DNA from: Verrucomicrobiia bacterium
GTDB taxonomy: Bacteria; Methylomirabilota; Methylomirabilia; Rokubacteriales; CSP1-6
DNA: 64,000 nucleotides
Direction of reading: 5' to 3'
Assembly: GCA_035493135.1 (NCBI GenBank)
Contig: DATJIR010000380.1
Coordinates: 4,501-68,500 of the forward strand
Under the pieces are notes generated by a model that made no database searches, was not told where the DNA came from, and saw only the letters and a program-made list of their open reading frames with translations. Position numbers and translations under genes: made by a program. The first letter of the stretch is position 1; each line of letters opens with the position of its first letter. Below, one piece after another: positions 37,729 through 46,706 of this stretch.

Positions 37729-38178
37729 ATGCGAGTCGACGAGCTCATGACGAGGAATCCCATCACGGTCAAGCCGGGAACCGGGGTGCTCGACGCGCGG
37801 CACATGATGGTGGAGAAGCAGATCCGACACCTGCTGGTCGTCGGCCCCGACGGGCTCCTGGCCGGGATGGTGACCGATCGGGACATCCGGCTCAACCTGC
37901 CCTCGCAGGCCACGAGCCTCTCGGTGTGGGAGGTCAACCACCTCCTGACCAAGCTCACGGTGGGGGAGGTCATGACCAAGACCGTGATCACGGTCGGGCC
38001 CGATCGCGACGCACGGGCCGCCGCGGTCCTGATGCTCGACCACAAGATCGGCGCGCTGCCGGTGACCGATGGCGGCAAGCTGATCGGGATCGTCACCGAG
38101 ACCGACATCCTGCGCGGCTTCGTGTGGCTGACCGGCGGGGCGACCGCGGCGCACCCGGAGCCGTACCGCCGGCCCTGA
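37729..38178 (+). CDS. CBS-pair domain protein
   Basis: The CBS repeats are IRHLLVVGPDGLLAGMVTDRDI and IGALPVTDGGKLIGIVTETDIL. GAGAGGAGGA lies upstream. Confidence 0.9.
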   Translation: MRVDELMTRNPITVKPGTGVLDARHMMVEKQIRHLLVVGPDGLLAGMVTDRDIRLNLPSQATSLSVWEVNHLLTKLTVGEVMTKTVITVGPDRDARAAAVLMLDHKIGALPVTDGGKLIGIVTETDILRGFVWLTGGATAAHPEPYRRP

Positions 38179-38245
38179 TCGTCCGCCGAGCGCGGGTGGC
38201 AGGCGACCCGGTGCCGTGGCAGACTGGCGCCGGGAGGTATCGTCC

Positions 38246-38683
38246 ATGTCCACGCCCCGCCCCGCTCCGTCGAGCCGGCCGCCCGGCTGGCAGCAAGAGC
38301 ATGCCCGCCGCTACCTCGCGACCGGCGGCCAGGACGGTCACATCTGGGAGGGCGTGACGACCCTCCTGCTGACCACGACCGGCCGCCGCTCCGGCCAGGC
38401 GCGCACCACCCCACTGATCTACGGACGCGACGGCGAGCGCTACGTGGTGGTGGCGTCCCGCGGCGGCGCCCCGGCGCATCCGGCGTGGTACGACAATCTC
38501 GTCGCGCAGCCCACGGTGCAGGTGCAGGTGATGGCGGATCGGTTCACCGCGCGCGCCCGCACCGCCACCCCGGCCGAGCGGCCGGCGCTGTGGCGGACGA
38601 TGGCCGCGATCTGGCCGCCCTACGACGACTACCAGGCGCGGACCACGCGCGAGATCCCGGTCGTCGTCCTCGAGCGCGTCTGA
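38246..38683 (+). CDS. deazaflavin (F420)-dependent nitroreductase family protein (Ddn/DUF385-like)
   Basis: LLLTTTGRRSGQARTTPLIYGRDGERYVVVASRGGAPAHPAWYDNL matches the Ddn-family core, from memory. GGGAGG lies upstream of ATG 38246. Confidence 0.8.
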   Translation: MSTPRPAPSSRPPGWQQEHARRYLATGGQDGHIWEGVTTLLLTTTGRRSGQARTTPLIYGRDGERYVVVASRGGAPAHPAWYDNLVAQPTVQVQVMADRFTARARTATPAERPALWRTMAAIWPPYDDYQARTTREIPVVVLERV

Positions 38684-38699
38684 GGGTGGCGGGCGCCCC

Positions 38700-39572
38700 A
38701 TGAGCGAGACCTCGCGCCCGGTCGCCCAGGTCGTCAAGCCGGAACCGGTGGTAGAAGGGGCCGGGGTGCATCTCCGGCGCAGCATCGGCACGCGGCGTCT
38801 CGACCACCTCGATCCGTTCCTGCTCCTCGACCACTTCGAGTCGGTCCGCCCCGAGGACTACGAGGCCGGGTTTCCCTACCACCCGCACCGCGGGATCGAG
38901 ACGGTGACGTTCGTCCGCACCGGGGAGGTGCAGCACCGCGACTCGCTCGGCCACCACGGGAGCATCGGGCCCGGCGACATCCAGTGGATGACCTCCGGCA
39001 GCGGGATCCTCCACGAGGAGATGCCGCAGGTGCGGCCCGAGGGGATCGGGGGGCTGCAGCTCTGGCTCAACCTGCCCGCGCGCGAGAAGATGACGCGGCC
39101 GAAGTACCGCGACCTGACCGGGGACCACCTGCCCGAGACCCCGCTCGACGGCGGCGCGCGGGCGCGCGTCGTCGCGGGCGAGGCGGCCGGCGGGCGGCTC
39201 ACCGGACCGGTCGACGGCCTCGCGGTGGCGCCGAAGTTCCTCGACGTGACGCTGCCCGCCGGCGCCGCGTTCCGCGAGGCGGTGCCGCGCGGGCACACCG
39301 CGTTCGCGTACGTGGACCAGGGCGAGGTGCGCTTCGGCCCGCAGCGGACCGCGGCGCGCGCTCCGGCGCTCGTGGTATTCGGCGACGGCGATCTCGTGGA
39401 GGCGGCCGGCGCGCCCGGAGGCGGGCGCTTCCTCCTCGCGGCGGCGCGCCCGCTCGGCGAGCCGATCGCCCGGCACGGGCCGTTCGTCATGAACACCCGC
39501 GCCGAGATCGATGAGGCGCTGCAGGATCTGAGGACCGGTCACTTCATCCGCGAAGATCCCCGCGACGCCTAG
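38700..39572 (+). CDS. pirin family protein
   Basis: FPYHPHRGIETVTFV...GDIQWMTSGSGILHEEMP is the pirin metal-binding cupin signature. Confidence 0.9.
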   Translation: MSETSRPVAQVVKPEPVVEGAGVHLRRSIGTRRLDHLDPFLLLDHFESVRPEDYEAGFPYHPHRGIETVTFVRTGEVQHRDSLGHHGSIGPGDIQWMTSGSGILHEEMPQVRPEGIGGLQLWLNLPAREKMTRPKYRDLTGDHLPETPLDGGARARVVAGEAAGGRLTGPVDGLAVAPKFLDVTLPAGAAFREAVPRGHTAFAYVDQGEVRFGPQRTAARAPALVVFGDGDLVEAAGAPGGGRFLLAAARPLGEPIARHGPFVMNTRAEIDEALQDLRTGHFIREDPRDA

Positions 39573-39584
39573 GGCCGCCCCGGC

Positions 39585-41111
39585 CTACTTGAGCTTCAGG
39601 TCCTCGCAGGGCGCCGCGTACGGGTAGCCCTGGATCAGGCCCGCGCCCGCCTGCTCGACCCGCGACCCGACCCCCCAGATGAAGCCCTGCTGGAAGATCG
39701 GCGCGACCATTACCTGGTCCGCGATGATCTTCTGGATCTGGTGGAGCACCGCCTCGCGCTTCTTGCGGTCGCCCTCGTTCGACTGCCGCTGGAAGAGGTC
39801 GTCGATCTCCGGCCGGGTGCCGTAGGCGTAGATGCCGCTCTTGGTGAAGAAGGGCTCGATGCGGGCCGCCGCGTTGCCGGCCGCGCCGGTGGCGCCGATG
39901 AGCAGGCCGTGGAACTTCTTCTCGCGCCAGCTGGAGAAGAAGGTGGCGCGCTCCATCGTGCGCACCGAGCTGCGGATGCCGATCGCCTGCAGGTAGCCGC
40001 CGACCGCCTCGGCCAGCGAGGTGTAGGGCGGTAGCGGGGTGAGGTCGCCCGCGTCGAAGCCGTTCGGGTACCCGGCCTCGACCATGAGCTGCTTGGCCCG
40101 CTTCGGATCGTAGGCGGGCGGATCGACGTGCAGGGCGAAGTCGAACTCCGGGGGCACGAAGGCGCCGGCCGGCTTGCCGAGCCCGAGCATCTCGGCCTGG
40201 TTGATGGCCGGCCGGTCGATGGCGAGGCTCGCCGCCTGGCGCACCCGCCGGTCGTGCCAGGGCGATTTCGGGTCCCACTGGTCCAGGAAATCCAGCCAGT
40301 ACATGCCGTAGAGCAGGGGGGCCACCACCCGGACTCCGGGCGAGCGCTTCAGGTCCTCCGCCACGGCCCCGCCGAAGAGATACGCCGCGTCGACCTCGCC
40401 GGTCTTCACCGCGGCGGCGCGAGTGGTCTCGTCGGGGATGGAGCGCATGACCAGCCGCTTGACCTGCGGGGCCTTCCGCCAGTAGTCCCCGAAGGCCTCG
40501 ACGGTCAGCTCGATGCCCGGGGTGAAGGCGACGAACTTGTAGGGGCCGGCCCCGACCGGGGCCTTCTTGAAGCCGTCTTCCCCGACCTTCTCGATGTACT
40601 TCTTCGGCACGATCCAGCCGGCCCCGGTGGCCGAGGTCCCGTAGAAGGCCATGAAGTCCGGCCACGGCTCCTTGAGGACGAACCGCACCCGGTTCGGCGC
40701 GAGGACCTGGATCTCCTTCACCTTCTCCTTCAGGAGCTTCGCGCCGCTGCCCTTGTACCGTTCGAACGTGAACTTCACGTCCTCGGCGGTGACCGGGTCA
40801 CCGGTATGGAAGCGCGCGTTCTTCCGGATGACGAACTCGTAGCTCAGGCCGTCCTTCGACACGGTCCAGGACTCGGCCAGGCTCGGCGTCATGATGTTCC
40901 CGGGCATGGGCTTCACCAGCGCGTCGTGCAGCGCGTAGAGCACCATGAACGGGGTGATGAGTGCCTCCGTCTCGCCGGGATCGAGCCAGCGCGAGACGAG
41001 GGTCACGTGGACGCCGATGGCCATCGTGCCGTCTGGCGGCACCGCCGCGGCGGGGGCCGCGCCGAGCAGGGTGACGAGGACGAGAGTCAGGATCGCTCCG
41101 AGAACACGCAT
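39585..41111 (-). CDS. ABC transporter substrate-binding protein, family 5 (peptide/nickel type)
   Basis: The signal peptide is [23 protein letters not shown]. The ~500 aa length and family-5 SBP-like sequence fit (LVKPMPGN..., [19 protein letters not shown]). Confidence 0.9.
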   Translation of the reverse strand: MRVLGAILTLVLVTLLGAAPAAAVPPDGTMAIGVHVTLVSRWLDPGETEALITPFMVLYALHDALVKPMPGNIMTPSLAESWTVSKDGLSYEFVIRKNARFHTGDPVTAEDVKFTFERYKGSGAKLLKEKVKEIQVLAPNRVRFVLKEPWPDFMAFYGTSATGAGWIVPKKYIEKVGEDGFKKAPVGAGPYKFVAFTPGIELTVEAFGDYWRKAPQVKRLVMRSIPDETTRAAAVKTGEVDAAYLFGGAVAEDLKRSPGVRVVAPLLYGMYWLDFLDQWDPKSPWHDRRVRQAASLAIDRPAINQAEMLGLGKPAGAFVPPEFDFALHVDPPAYDPKRAKQLMVEAGYPNGFDAGDLTPLPPYTSLAEAVGGYLQAIGIRSSVRTMERATFFSSWREKKFHGLLIGATGAAGNAAARIEPFFTKSGIYAYGTRPEIDDLFQRQSNEGDRKKREAVLHQIQKIIADQVMVAPIFQQGFIWGVGSRVEQAGAGLIQGYPYAAPCEDLKLK

Positions 41112-41218
41112 CGCTCACCTCCGAGGAAGGTCGGTGCCAGAAGGTACCACGGGGCGGGATTCGCCTCACCCCCCAAAAAACCGGGGCAGGGTCTCGCCGA
41201 CCCGCTTACGATGACCTG

Positions 41219-42091
41219 ATGAAAGGAATCATCCTCGCGGGCGGCTCCGGGACGCGGCTCTACCCCGCGACCCGGGGGATCAGCAAGCAGCTCGTACCGA
41301 TCTACAACAAGCCGATGGTGTATCACCCGCTGTCCACCCTCATGCTGGCGGGCATCCGGGAGATCCTCCTGATCACGACCCCGGAGGACGCCCCCGCGTT
41401 CCACCGGCTCTTCGGGGACGGGCGCGACCTGGGGCTCCGGCTCGCCTACGCCGAGCAGCCGCGGCCCGAGGGGCTGGCCCAGGCCTTCATCATCGGCCGC
41501 GAGTTCGTCGGCCACGACGCGGTGGCGCTGGCCCTGGGCGACAACGTCTTCTACGGCCACAACCTGCCGGTCGCGCTGCAGGCGGCGGCGGCCCGCGCCA
41601 CCGGGGCCACCGTGTTCGCCTACCGGGTGCGCGATCCGTGGCGCTACGGGGTGGTGACCTTCGGGCCCGATGGGCGCGCGCGGGAGATCGAGGAGAAGCC
41701 GGCCCAGCCCCGCTCCAACTTCGCGGTCACCGGTCTCTACTTCTACGACAACCGCGTGCTCGACATCGCGGCCGGGCTCAAGCCGTCCGCGCGGGGAGAG
41801 CTCGAGATCACCGACGTCAACCGGGCGTACCTCGAGTGGGGGGAGCTGCACGTGGAGCGCCTCGGGCGGGGCATCGCGTGGCTCGACACCGGCACCTACG
41901 ACTCGCTGCTGCAGGCCTCGAACTTCATCCAGGCCATCGAGGAGCGGCAGGGCCTCATGGTCGCGTGCGTGGAGGAGATCGCCTGGCGCATGGGCTGGAT
42001 CACCGCGGAGGACATCCGGCGCATCGCGGCGCCGATGAAGCAGAACGGCTACGGTCAGTACCTGCTGGGCCTGCTGGACGGCGACCCCTGA
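41219..42091 (+). CDS. rfbA: glucose-1-phosphate thymidylyltransferase
   Basis: [52 protein letters not shown] is near-canonical RmlA/RfbA. Confidence 0.95.
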   Translation: MKGIILAGGSGTRLYPATRGISKQLVPIYNKPMVYHPLSTLMLAGIREILLITTPEDAPAFHRLFGDGRDLGLRLAYAEQPRPEGLAQAFIIGREFVGHDAVALALGDNVFYGHNLPVALQAAAARATGATVFAYRVRDPWRYGVVTFGPDGRAREIEEKPAQPRSNFAVTGLYFYDNRVLDIAAGLKPSARGELEITDVNRAYLEWGELHVERLGRGIAWLDTGTYDSLLQASNFIQAIEERQGLMVACVEEIAWRMGWITAEDIRRIAAPMKQNGYGQYLLGLLDGDP

Positions 42092-43377
42092 TCGGCCGGC
42101 GAGCGGCAGGGACAGGAGCGTGCCCACACGCCTATCGGCCCTTCGCCCTTCTCGCGTTCGCGGTCGCCCTCGTCGGAGGGCTCCCGCTCGGCCTCTGGCT
42201 GCTGGGCTGGCTGTACCTCGGAGCCCGGGCGGTTCCGCCGGGATGGCTGCTCCTGCACGCCCACCTGCAGATCTTCGGGTTCTTCGGGACGCTGATCATG
42301 GGAGTGGCCCAGCATCTCCTTCCTCGCTTCACCGGCCGGCCGGTGGAGCGGAGCCGGCTCCTCGTGCTGATCCTGGGCCTGCAGGCCGGCGGCCTGGGGC
42401 TGCGCATCGTCGGCACCGCGGGCGATCTCGGCGCCGCGATCTGGCTGGCCTCGCTGGTCCAGACGGTCGCGTTCCTGCTCTTTGGCGGGTGGGTGTGGGG
42501 CATGCTCGATCCGCCGCCGCTCGCCTTCCTCCGGTGGCATCTCACCGCGAGCAGCCTCTGGCTCGGGGGCGCATGCGCGCTCGAGGCCTGGCTTCGCGGC
42601 GGCGCGCTCGGCTCGGGACTTCCCCTGCCGACAACCGCCGGGCTCCGCGTCGTGCACGTGATGGGGCTCTTCGGTGGCGTGCTCGGCTGGGTCCTGGGTG
42701 TGCTGTTGCGGGCCGGTCCCATGTTCCTCGCTCGCTGGCGCGCGCCCATGGGGCCGGCCCGCGCGCTGCCGTGGCTCCTCGCGCTGGGCATCGGCATCGC
42801 GGCATCGGGTGAGACGGGAGACTGGAGCGCCGAGACCGCGGCGGCCCTGGCCCGGCTCGGCGAGCTCGTCATCCTCGCGGGCGGGGCGGGGCTGATGCTG
42901 CTCGGCGGCGTGCTGACCCGGGCGCGAGATGCGCTCCCGATGGTGGCCCGGAGCCCGGTGGAGTCTCGGATCTTCCGGATGGCGATGCTGTCGGGCGGCG
43001 GGGCCGTCGTCGGCTCGGCGGTGACGGTGGGGATGGCCTGGGCGGGGCTCGAGACACGGGTGCTCGCCGACGTGGTCCGCCACCTGGTCACGGTGGGCGT
43101 CCTGACGTCCGTGGTGGTCGCGATGGTCTTCCGCCTCATTCCCGTCCTCGAGGGTCGGGCCGTGCGCTGGCCTCGGCTGCGGCAGGTGGCGCTGTGGAGC
43201 CTCGCGGTCGGGATCATCCTGAGGAGCGCGGAGGTGCTGGTGAGCCTCGGCTGGGCTTCGCTGGCATCGTGGATCCCGCTCTCGGGCATTCTCGTCTGGA
43301 TCGCGGTGGCGTGCGCCGGGACCAACCTGGCCGCCGCGATCGGCACGCCGGGGCGCCCGGCCGTGCCGCCTCGCTGA
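42088..43377 (+). CDS. NnrS-family haem/copper membrane protein (NO-stress associated)
   Basis: The N-terminal YRPFALLAF... and [25 protein letters not shown] motif, plus ~12 TM segments, fit NnrS. There is no in-frame ATG/GTG/TTG before the conserved N-terminus. The start is proposed at CTG 42088 in a CTGA overlap with the rfbA stop. Confidence 0.7.
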   Translation: MIGRRAAGTGACPHAYRPFALLAFAVALVGGLPLGLWLLGWLYLGARAVPPGWLLLHAHLQIFGFFGTLIMGVAQHLLPRFTGRPVERSRLLVLILGLQAGGLGLRIVGTAGDLGAAIWLASLVQTVAFLLFGGWVWGMLDPPPLAFLRWHLTASSLWLGGACALEAWLRGGALGSGLPLPTTAGLRVVHVMGLFGGVLGWVLGVLLRAGPMFLARWRAPMGPARALPWLLALGIGIAASGETGDWSAETAAALARLGELVILAGGAGLMLLGGVLTRARDALPMVARSPVESRIFRMAMLSGGGAVVGSAVTVGMAWAGLETRVLADVVRHLVTVGVLTSVVVAMVFRLIPVLEGRAVRWPRLRQVALWSLAVGIILRSAEVLVSLGWASLASWIPLSGILVWIAVACAGTNLAAAIGTPGRPAVPPR

Positions 43378-43397
43378 CGGACCACGCCCGGTCCGTC
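43376..43397 (+). terminator. hairpin gacggacc-acgccc-ggtccgtc overlapping the NnrS stop
   Basis: An 8-bp perfect stem with a 6-nt loop and no U-tract. Confidence 0.4.
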
Positions 43398-43590
43398 GGA
43401 TCGTGCCCCGCGTCGGCGCGTCTCTATGACCGGCGTCATATCCGCCCCCGGCGCGATGGCCGATGCTGTGATTCGTCCAGCACATCCGCACCCTCAGGAA
43501 GTGACGGGGGAGGTGGGTCGATCGCACTAGGAAAATGAGGCAGCCGCCCGATTCCGTTCGGGGCGGAGGCCTTCTAGCGTAGGGCTGACC

Positions 43591-43602
43591 GAACGATCGT
43601 TC
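43591..43602. promoter_or_regulatory. perfect 12-bp palindrome GAACGATCGTTC, candidate TetR operator
   Basis: It lies 16 nt upstream of the TetR ATG 43618. It is AT-richer than its surroundings. Confidence 0.4.
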
Positions 43603-43617
43603 AGGCGGGGGTTCGGA

Positions 43618-44238
43618 ATGGCGATCGGCGAGCGGTACGAGGGTATCGTCAGCGCGGCGTGCGGGGTCATCGCGCGCCGCGGCTTCCACCAGGCGTCGAC
43701 GCGGGAGATCGCCCGCGCGGCGGGGCTATCGCTGGCCGGCCTCTACCACTACGTCGGCGAGAAGGACGAGCTCCTGTTCCTGGTGCTCGACCGGTCGCTC
43801 GATCGGCTCATCGCGGACCTGGACCGAAATCTCGCCGAGGCGCGCACTGCCGAGGATCGGCTGCTGGCCCTGATCCGCACTCATCTCGATTTCGGCTTTC
43901 ACCACGCGCACGCGCTGCGGATCATCAACCGCGACCACGAGCTGCTGGCCGATCCGCGCCGCTCCGAGATCGCGGCCAAGCGGCAGGCCTACCTGCAGCG
44001 GGGGCTGACCATCCTGCGCGATCTCGATCCGCACCGCCGCTCGGAGGACGAGCTCTTCTCGGCCACGAACCTGCTCCTGGGCATGCTGAACGGGATCGCC
44101 ACCCGGCCCTTCCTCCGGTCCCTCGACGACGCGCGCGGGCTCGCGGCCGAGGTGGGTGCGCTGTTTCTCTACGGATTCCTGGAGCGCTCGGCGGGCGCCG
44201 AGCGAGAGGTGCGCTCCGCCGTGAGGAGGTCCGCATGA
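43618..44238 (+). CDS. TetR/AcrR family transcriptional regulator
   Basis: The N-terminal helix-turn-helix is RRGFHQASTREIARAAGLSLAGLYHYVGEKDELL. Confidence 0.9.
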   Translation: MAIGERYEGIVSAACGVIARRGFHQASTREIARAAGLSLAGLYHYVGEKDELLFLVLDRSLDRLIADLDRNLAEARTAEDRLLALIRTHLDFGFHHAHALRIINRDHELLADPRRSEIAAKRQAYLQRGLTILRDLDPHRRSEDELFSATNLLLGMLNGIATRPFLRSLDDARGLAAEVGALFLYGFLERSAGAEREVRSAVRRSA

Positions 44239-45389
44239 CGCCCGAGCAGATCGTCGAGCGCAGTCGGGAGCTCGTCGCCCAGCCGCTGGGCGCGGTGGCG
44301 GAGCGCTGGAAGGCCGAGCACCCCGGGGGCCGTGCGGTGGCGGCCTACCCGGTGTGGGCGCCGGCCGAGCTGATCCACGCGGCGGGGATGCTGCCGCTGT
44401 CGCTGCTCGGGGGGGGCACGTCGGTGGAGCTGACCCACGCCGACGCGCGCTTCCAGTCCTTCGTGTGCTCCATCGCCAAGTCCACGCTCGAGCTCGGCTT
44501 CCAGGGCCAGGTCAAGGGCGTGGACGGCTTCGTCTTCTCGAACATCTGCGACGTGGCGCGCAATCTCAGCAGCATCTACCAGCGGAACTTCCCGGGGACC
44601 TTCGTGGAGTACCTGCACCTGCCCCAGAACTCCACCTCCGCCGCGGTGGTGGAGTACGCGGCCGCCGAGCTCCGGCGTCTCGCGGGCGCCTTCGTCGACG
44701 CGTTCGGCCTCGCGGCGAGCCCGGCCGCGCTCGCCAAGAGCATCGAGGTCTACGACGCGCTGCGAGCCCGGCTGCGGGCGCTCTACGCGCTGCGGATCGC
44801 CGAGCCCCACAAGCTCTCCACCGTCGAGCTCTACACCGTGCTGCGCGCCTGCACCCTGGTGCCGCCCGAGGAAGGCATCGCGTGGCTCGACGTCCTGCTC
44901 GCGGAGCTCCCGCGCCGTGCGGCCCGCGCCCGCGACCGGCTGCGGGTGGTGGTCGAGGGGGCCTTCTGCGAGCAGCCGCCGCTGGGCCTGCTGGAGGTGC
45001 TGGAGGAGGCGGGCTGCTACGTCGTCGAGGACGACCTGCTGCTGGGCTGGCGCTGGTTCACCACCGACGTGGCGGGGGAGGGCGATCCGTTCGAGCGACT
45101 GGGCGCGGCCTACGTGAACCAGGCCGTCCCCTCGTCGACCCGCCACGAGAGCCGGCAGCACCGCTCCGTCGGCCTCATCGAGAAGGTGCGGCGCGCGAAG
45201 GCCGACGCGGTGGTGTTCATGCCCGCGAAGTTCTGCGAGCCCGCGCTGTTCGACTACGTTCTGATGAAGCAGGGGCTGGAGCGGGAGGGCATCCCGCACC
45301 TCCTGGTGGAGTTCGAGGAGAAGATGTGGACCTTCGAGCGGACCCGGAACGAGATCGAGACGTTCGTGGAGTCCATGCTGTTCGACTGA
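44235..45389 (+). CDS. benzoyl-CoA reductase / 2-hydroxyacyl-CoA dehydratase family subunit (HGD-D family, BzdN/BcrC-like, 384 aa)
   Basis: ATGA overlap with TetR. The family-typical layout has conserved Cys (...FQSFVCSIAKS..., ...FSNICDV..., ...MPAKFCEP...) and the C-terminus ...IETFVESMLFD. Confidence 0.8.
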   Translation: MTPEQIVERSRELVAQPLGAVAERWKAEHPGGRAVAAYPVWAPAELIHAAGMLPLSLLGGGTSVELTHADARFQSFVCSIAKSTLELGFQGQVKGVDGFVFSNICDVARNLSSIYQRNFPGTFVEYLHLPQNSTSAAVVEYAAAELRRLAGAFVDAFGLAASPAALAKSIEVYDALRARLRALYALRIAEPHKLSTVELYTVLRACTLVPPEEGIAWLDVLLAELPRRAARARDRLRVVVEGAFCEQPPLGLLEVLEEAGCYVVEDDLLLGWRWFTTDVAGEGDPFERLGAAYVNQAVPSSTRHESRQHRSVGLIEKVRRAKADAVVFMPAKFCEPALFDYVLMKQGLEREGIPHLLVEFEEKMWTFERTRNEIETFVESMLFD

Positions 45390-45442
45390 CCGGAGGCTCC
45401 CGCTCCCCCACCGGGGAGTGGGATCGGGACGAGGGGGCGGTC

Positions 45443-46705
45443 ATGACCGCAGTCACCGAACGCCAGTACCAGGGCCAGGTCCACGAGCACTCGCGACGGC
45501 TCATGGCCGCCTGGATGGACGAGCTGTCGCGGGCCGAGGCCGAGGGCCGGCCGACCGGCGCCCTGATGATCTCGGGCAACTGCGTGGAGCTCCTCCGCGC
45601 CTGCCACATCCTGCCGATGTTCCCGGAGGTGACCGCGCTGCAGAACGCGATCCGCAAGAAGTCCCTCCCCCTGATCCTGAAGGCGGAGCAGGCCGGATAC
45701 TCCAGCGACAACTGCGCCTACGTGAAGGCGGACATCGGCCTCTTCCTGGAGGGCGGCATGGGGCCGGGCAAGCCCATCCCGTTCCCGACCATCACCGTCT
45801 GCAACTACGTGGGCTGCAACGTCTACGTGAAGTGGTTCGAGCATCTGGCCGACGTGAGCGGGAGCAAGCTGTTCATCCTGGATGTCCCGTTCGTCCGCAC
45901 CGCGGAGCCGAGCGCGGCGGACGTCCGGTACGTGGTGAGCCAGCTTCGCGAGCTCATCACGCTCGGCGAGAGCGTGTCGGGCCAGAAGTTCGACATCGAC
46001 GAGCTGCGCGAGATCCTGACCCACGCGGCGCGGGCCGAGGACGGGTACGCGCGGGCCAAGATGCTGTGCAAGCGCCACCCGGCGCCCTTCGACGCGTACT
46101 TCGACGCCATCAACATGATGGGGCCGATCAACGTCCTGCGGGGCACGCGGGAGGCGGCCGAGTTCTTCGACGTGGCGGTGGCCGAGTTCGAGGGACTCGT
46201 CGCCCAGGGCCTGGGGCCGCTGAGCGAGGAGCGCTTCCGCACCGTGGTCGAGGGGCCGCCGCCCTATCCCTTCTACCGGAACTTCCGGAACCTCTTCGCC
46301 AGATGGGGCGCGGTGGCGGTGGCTTCCACCTACTCCACGGTCGGAGGCATCTGGGAGTGGGGCTTCCGCCACGACCCGCGCCGGCCGCTCGAGTCCATCG
46401 CCGAGCAGATGCTGCGCGAGAACCTCACCAACCGCTCCATCGTCGCGCGCTACGCGCAGATCAAGCGCTACGTCGAGGAGTGGGAGGCCGACGCGCTCGT
46501 CATCCACTCCATCAAGTCCTGCCGGCTCTTCTCGGCCGGGCAGGGAGACATGCGCGACTACTTCACCCAGAAGCTCGGGGTGCCGACCCTCATGGTGGAG
46601 TCGGACCTCGAGGACCCGCGCTACTACGCGGAGGCCCAGATCAAGAACCGCATCGACGCGTTCTTCGAGTCACTCGAGCACCGGAAGCTCGTTCGGAGCG
46701 CCTAA
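45443..46705 (+). CDS. benzoyl-CoA reductase / 2-hydroxyacyl-CoA dehydratase family subunit (HGD-D family, BzdO/BcrB-like, 420 aa)
   Basis: ...SSDNCAYVKADIG..., ...TVCNYVGCNVY..., ...HSIKSCRLFSAGQ... and ...IKNRIDAFFESLE are typical of this family. Confidence 0.8.
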   Translation: MTAVTERQYQGQVHEHSRRLMAAWMDELSRAEAEGRPTGALMISGNCVELLRACHILPMFPEVTALQNAIRKKSLPLILKAEQAGYSSDNCAYVKADIGLFLEGGMGPGKPIPFPTITVCNYVGCNVYVKWFEHLADVSGSKLFILDVPFVRTAEPSAADVRYVVSQLRELITLGESVSGQKFDIDELREILTHAARAEDGYARAKMLCKRHPAPFDAYFDAINMMGPINVLRGTREAAEFFDVAVAEFEGLVAQGLGPLSEERFRTVVEGPPPYPFYRNFRNLFARWGAVAVASTYSTVGGIWEWGFRHDPRRPLESIAEQMLRENLTNRSIVARYAQIKRYVEEWEADALVIHSIKSCRLFSAGQGDMRDYFTQKLGVPTLMVESDLEDPRYYAEAQIKNRIDAFFESLEHRKLVRSA

Positions 46706-46706
46706 G

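Noticed and set aside
38179-38245. TGGCAG motifs upstream of the Ddn-like gene as another sigma-54 promoter
   Set aside because: There is no TTGC/TGCA element at the required 5-nt spacing after either TGGCAG.
42120-42812. The GTG-initiated ORF 42120-42812 as the gene downstream of rfbA, or a frameshifted NnrS
   Set aside because: Its translation is R/P/A-rich nonsense. The NnrS motifs lie in the other frame from 42088. A sequencing indel cannot be excluded but is not needed if CTG 42088 is used.
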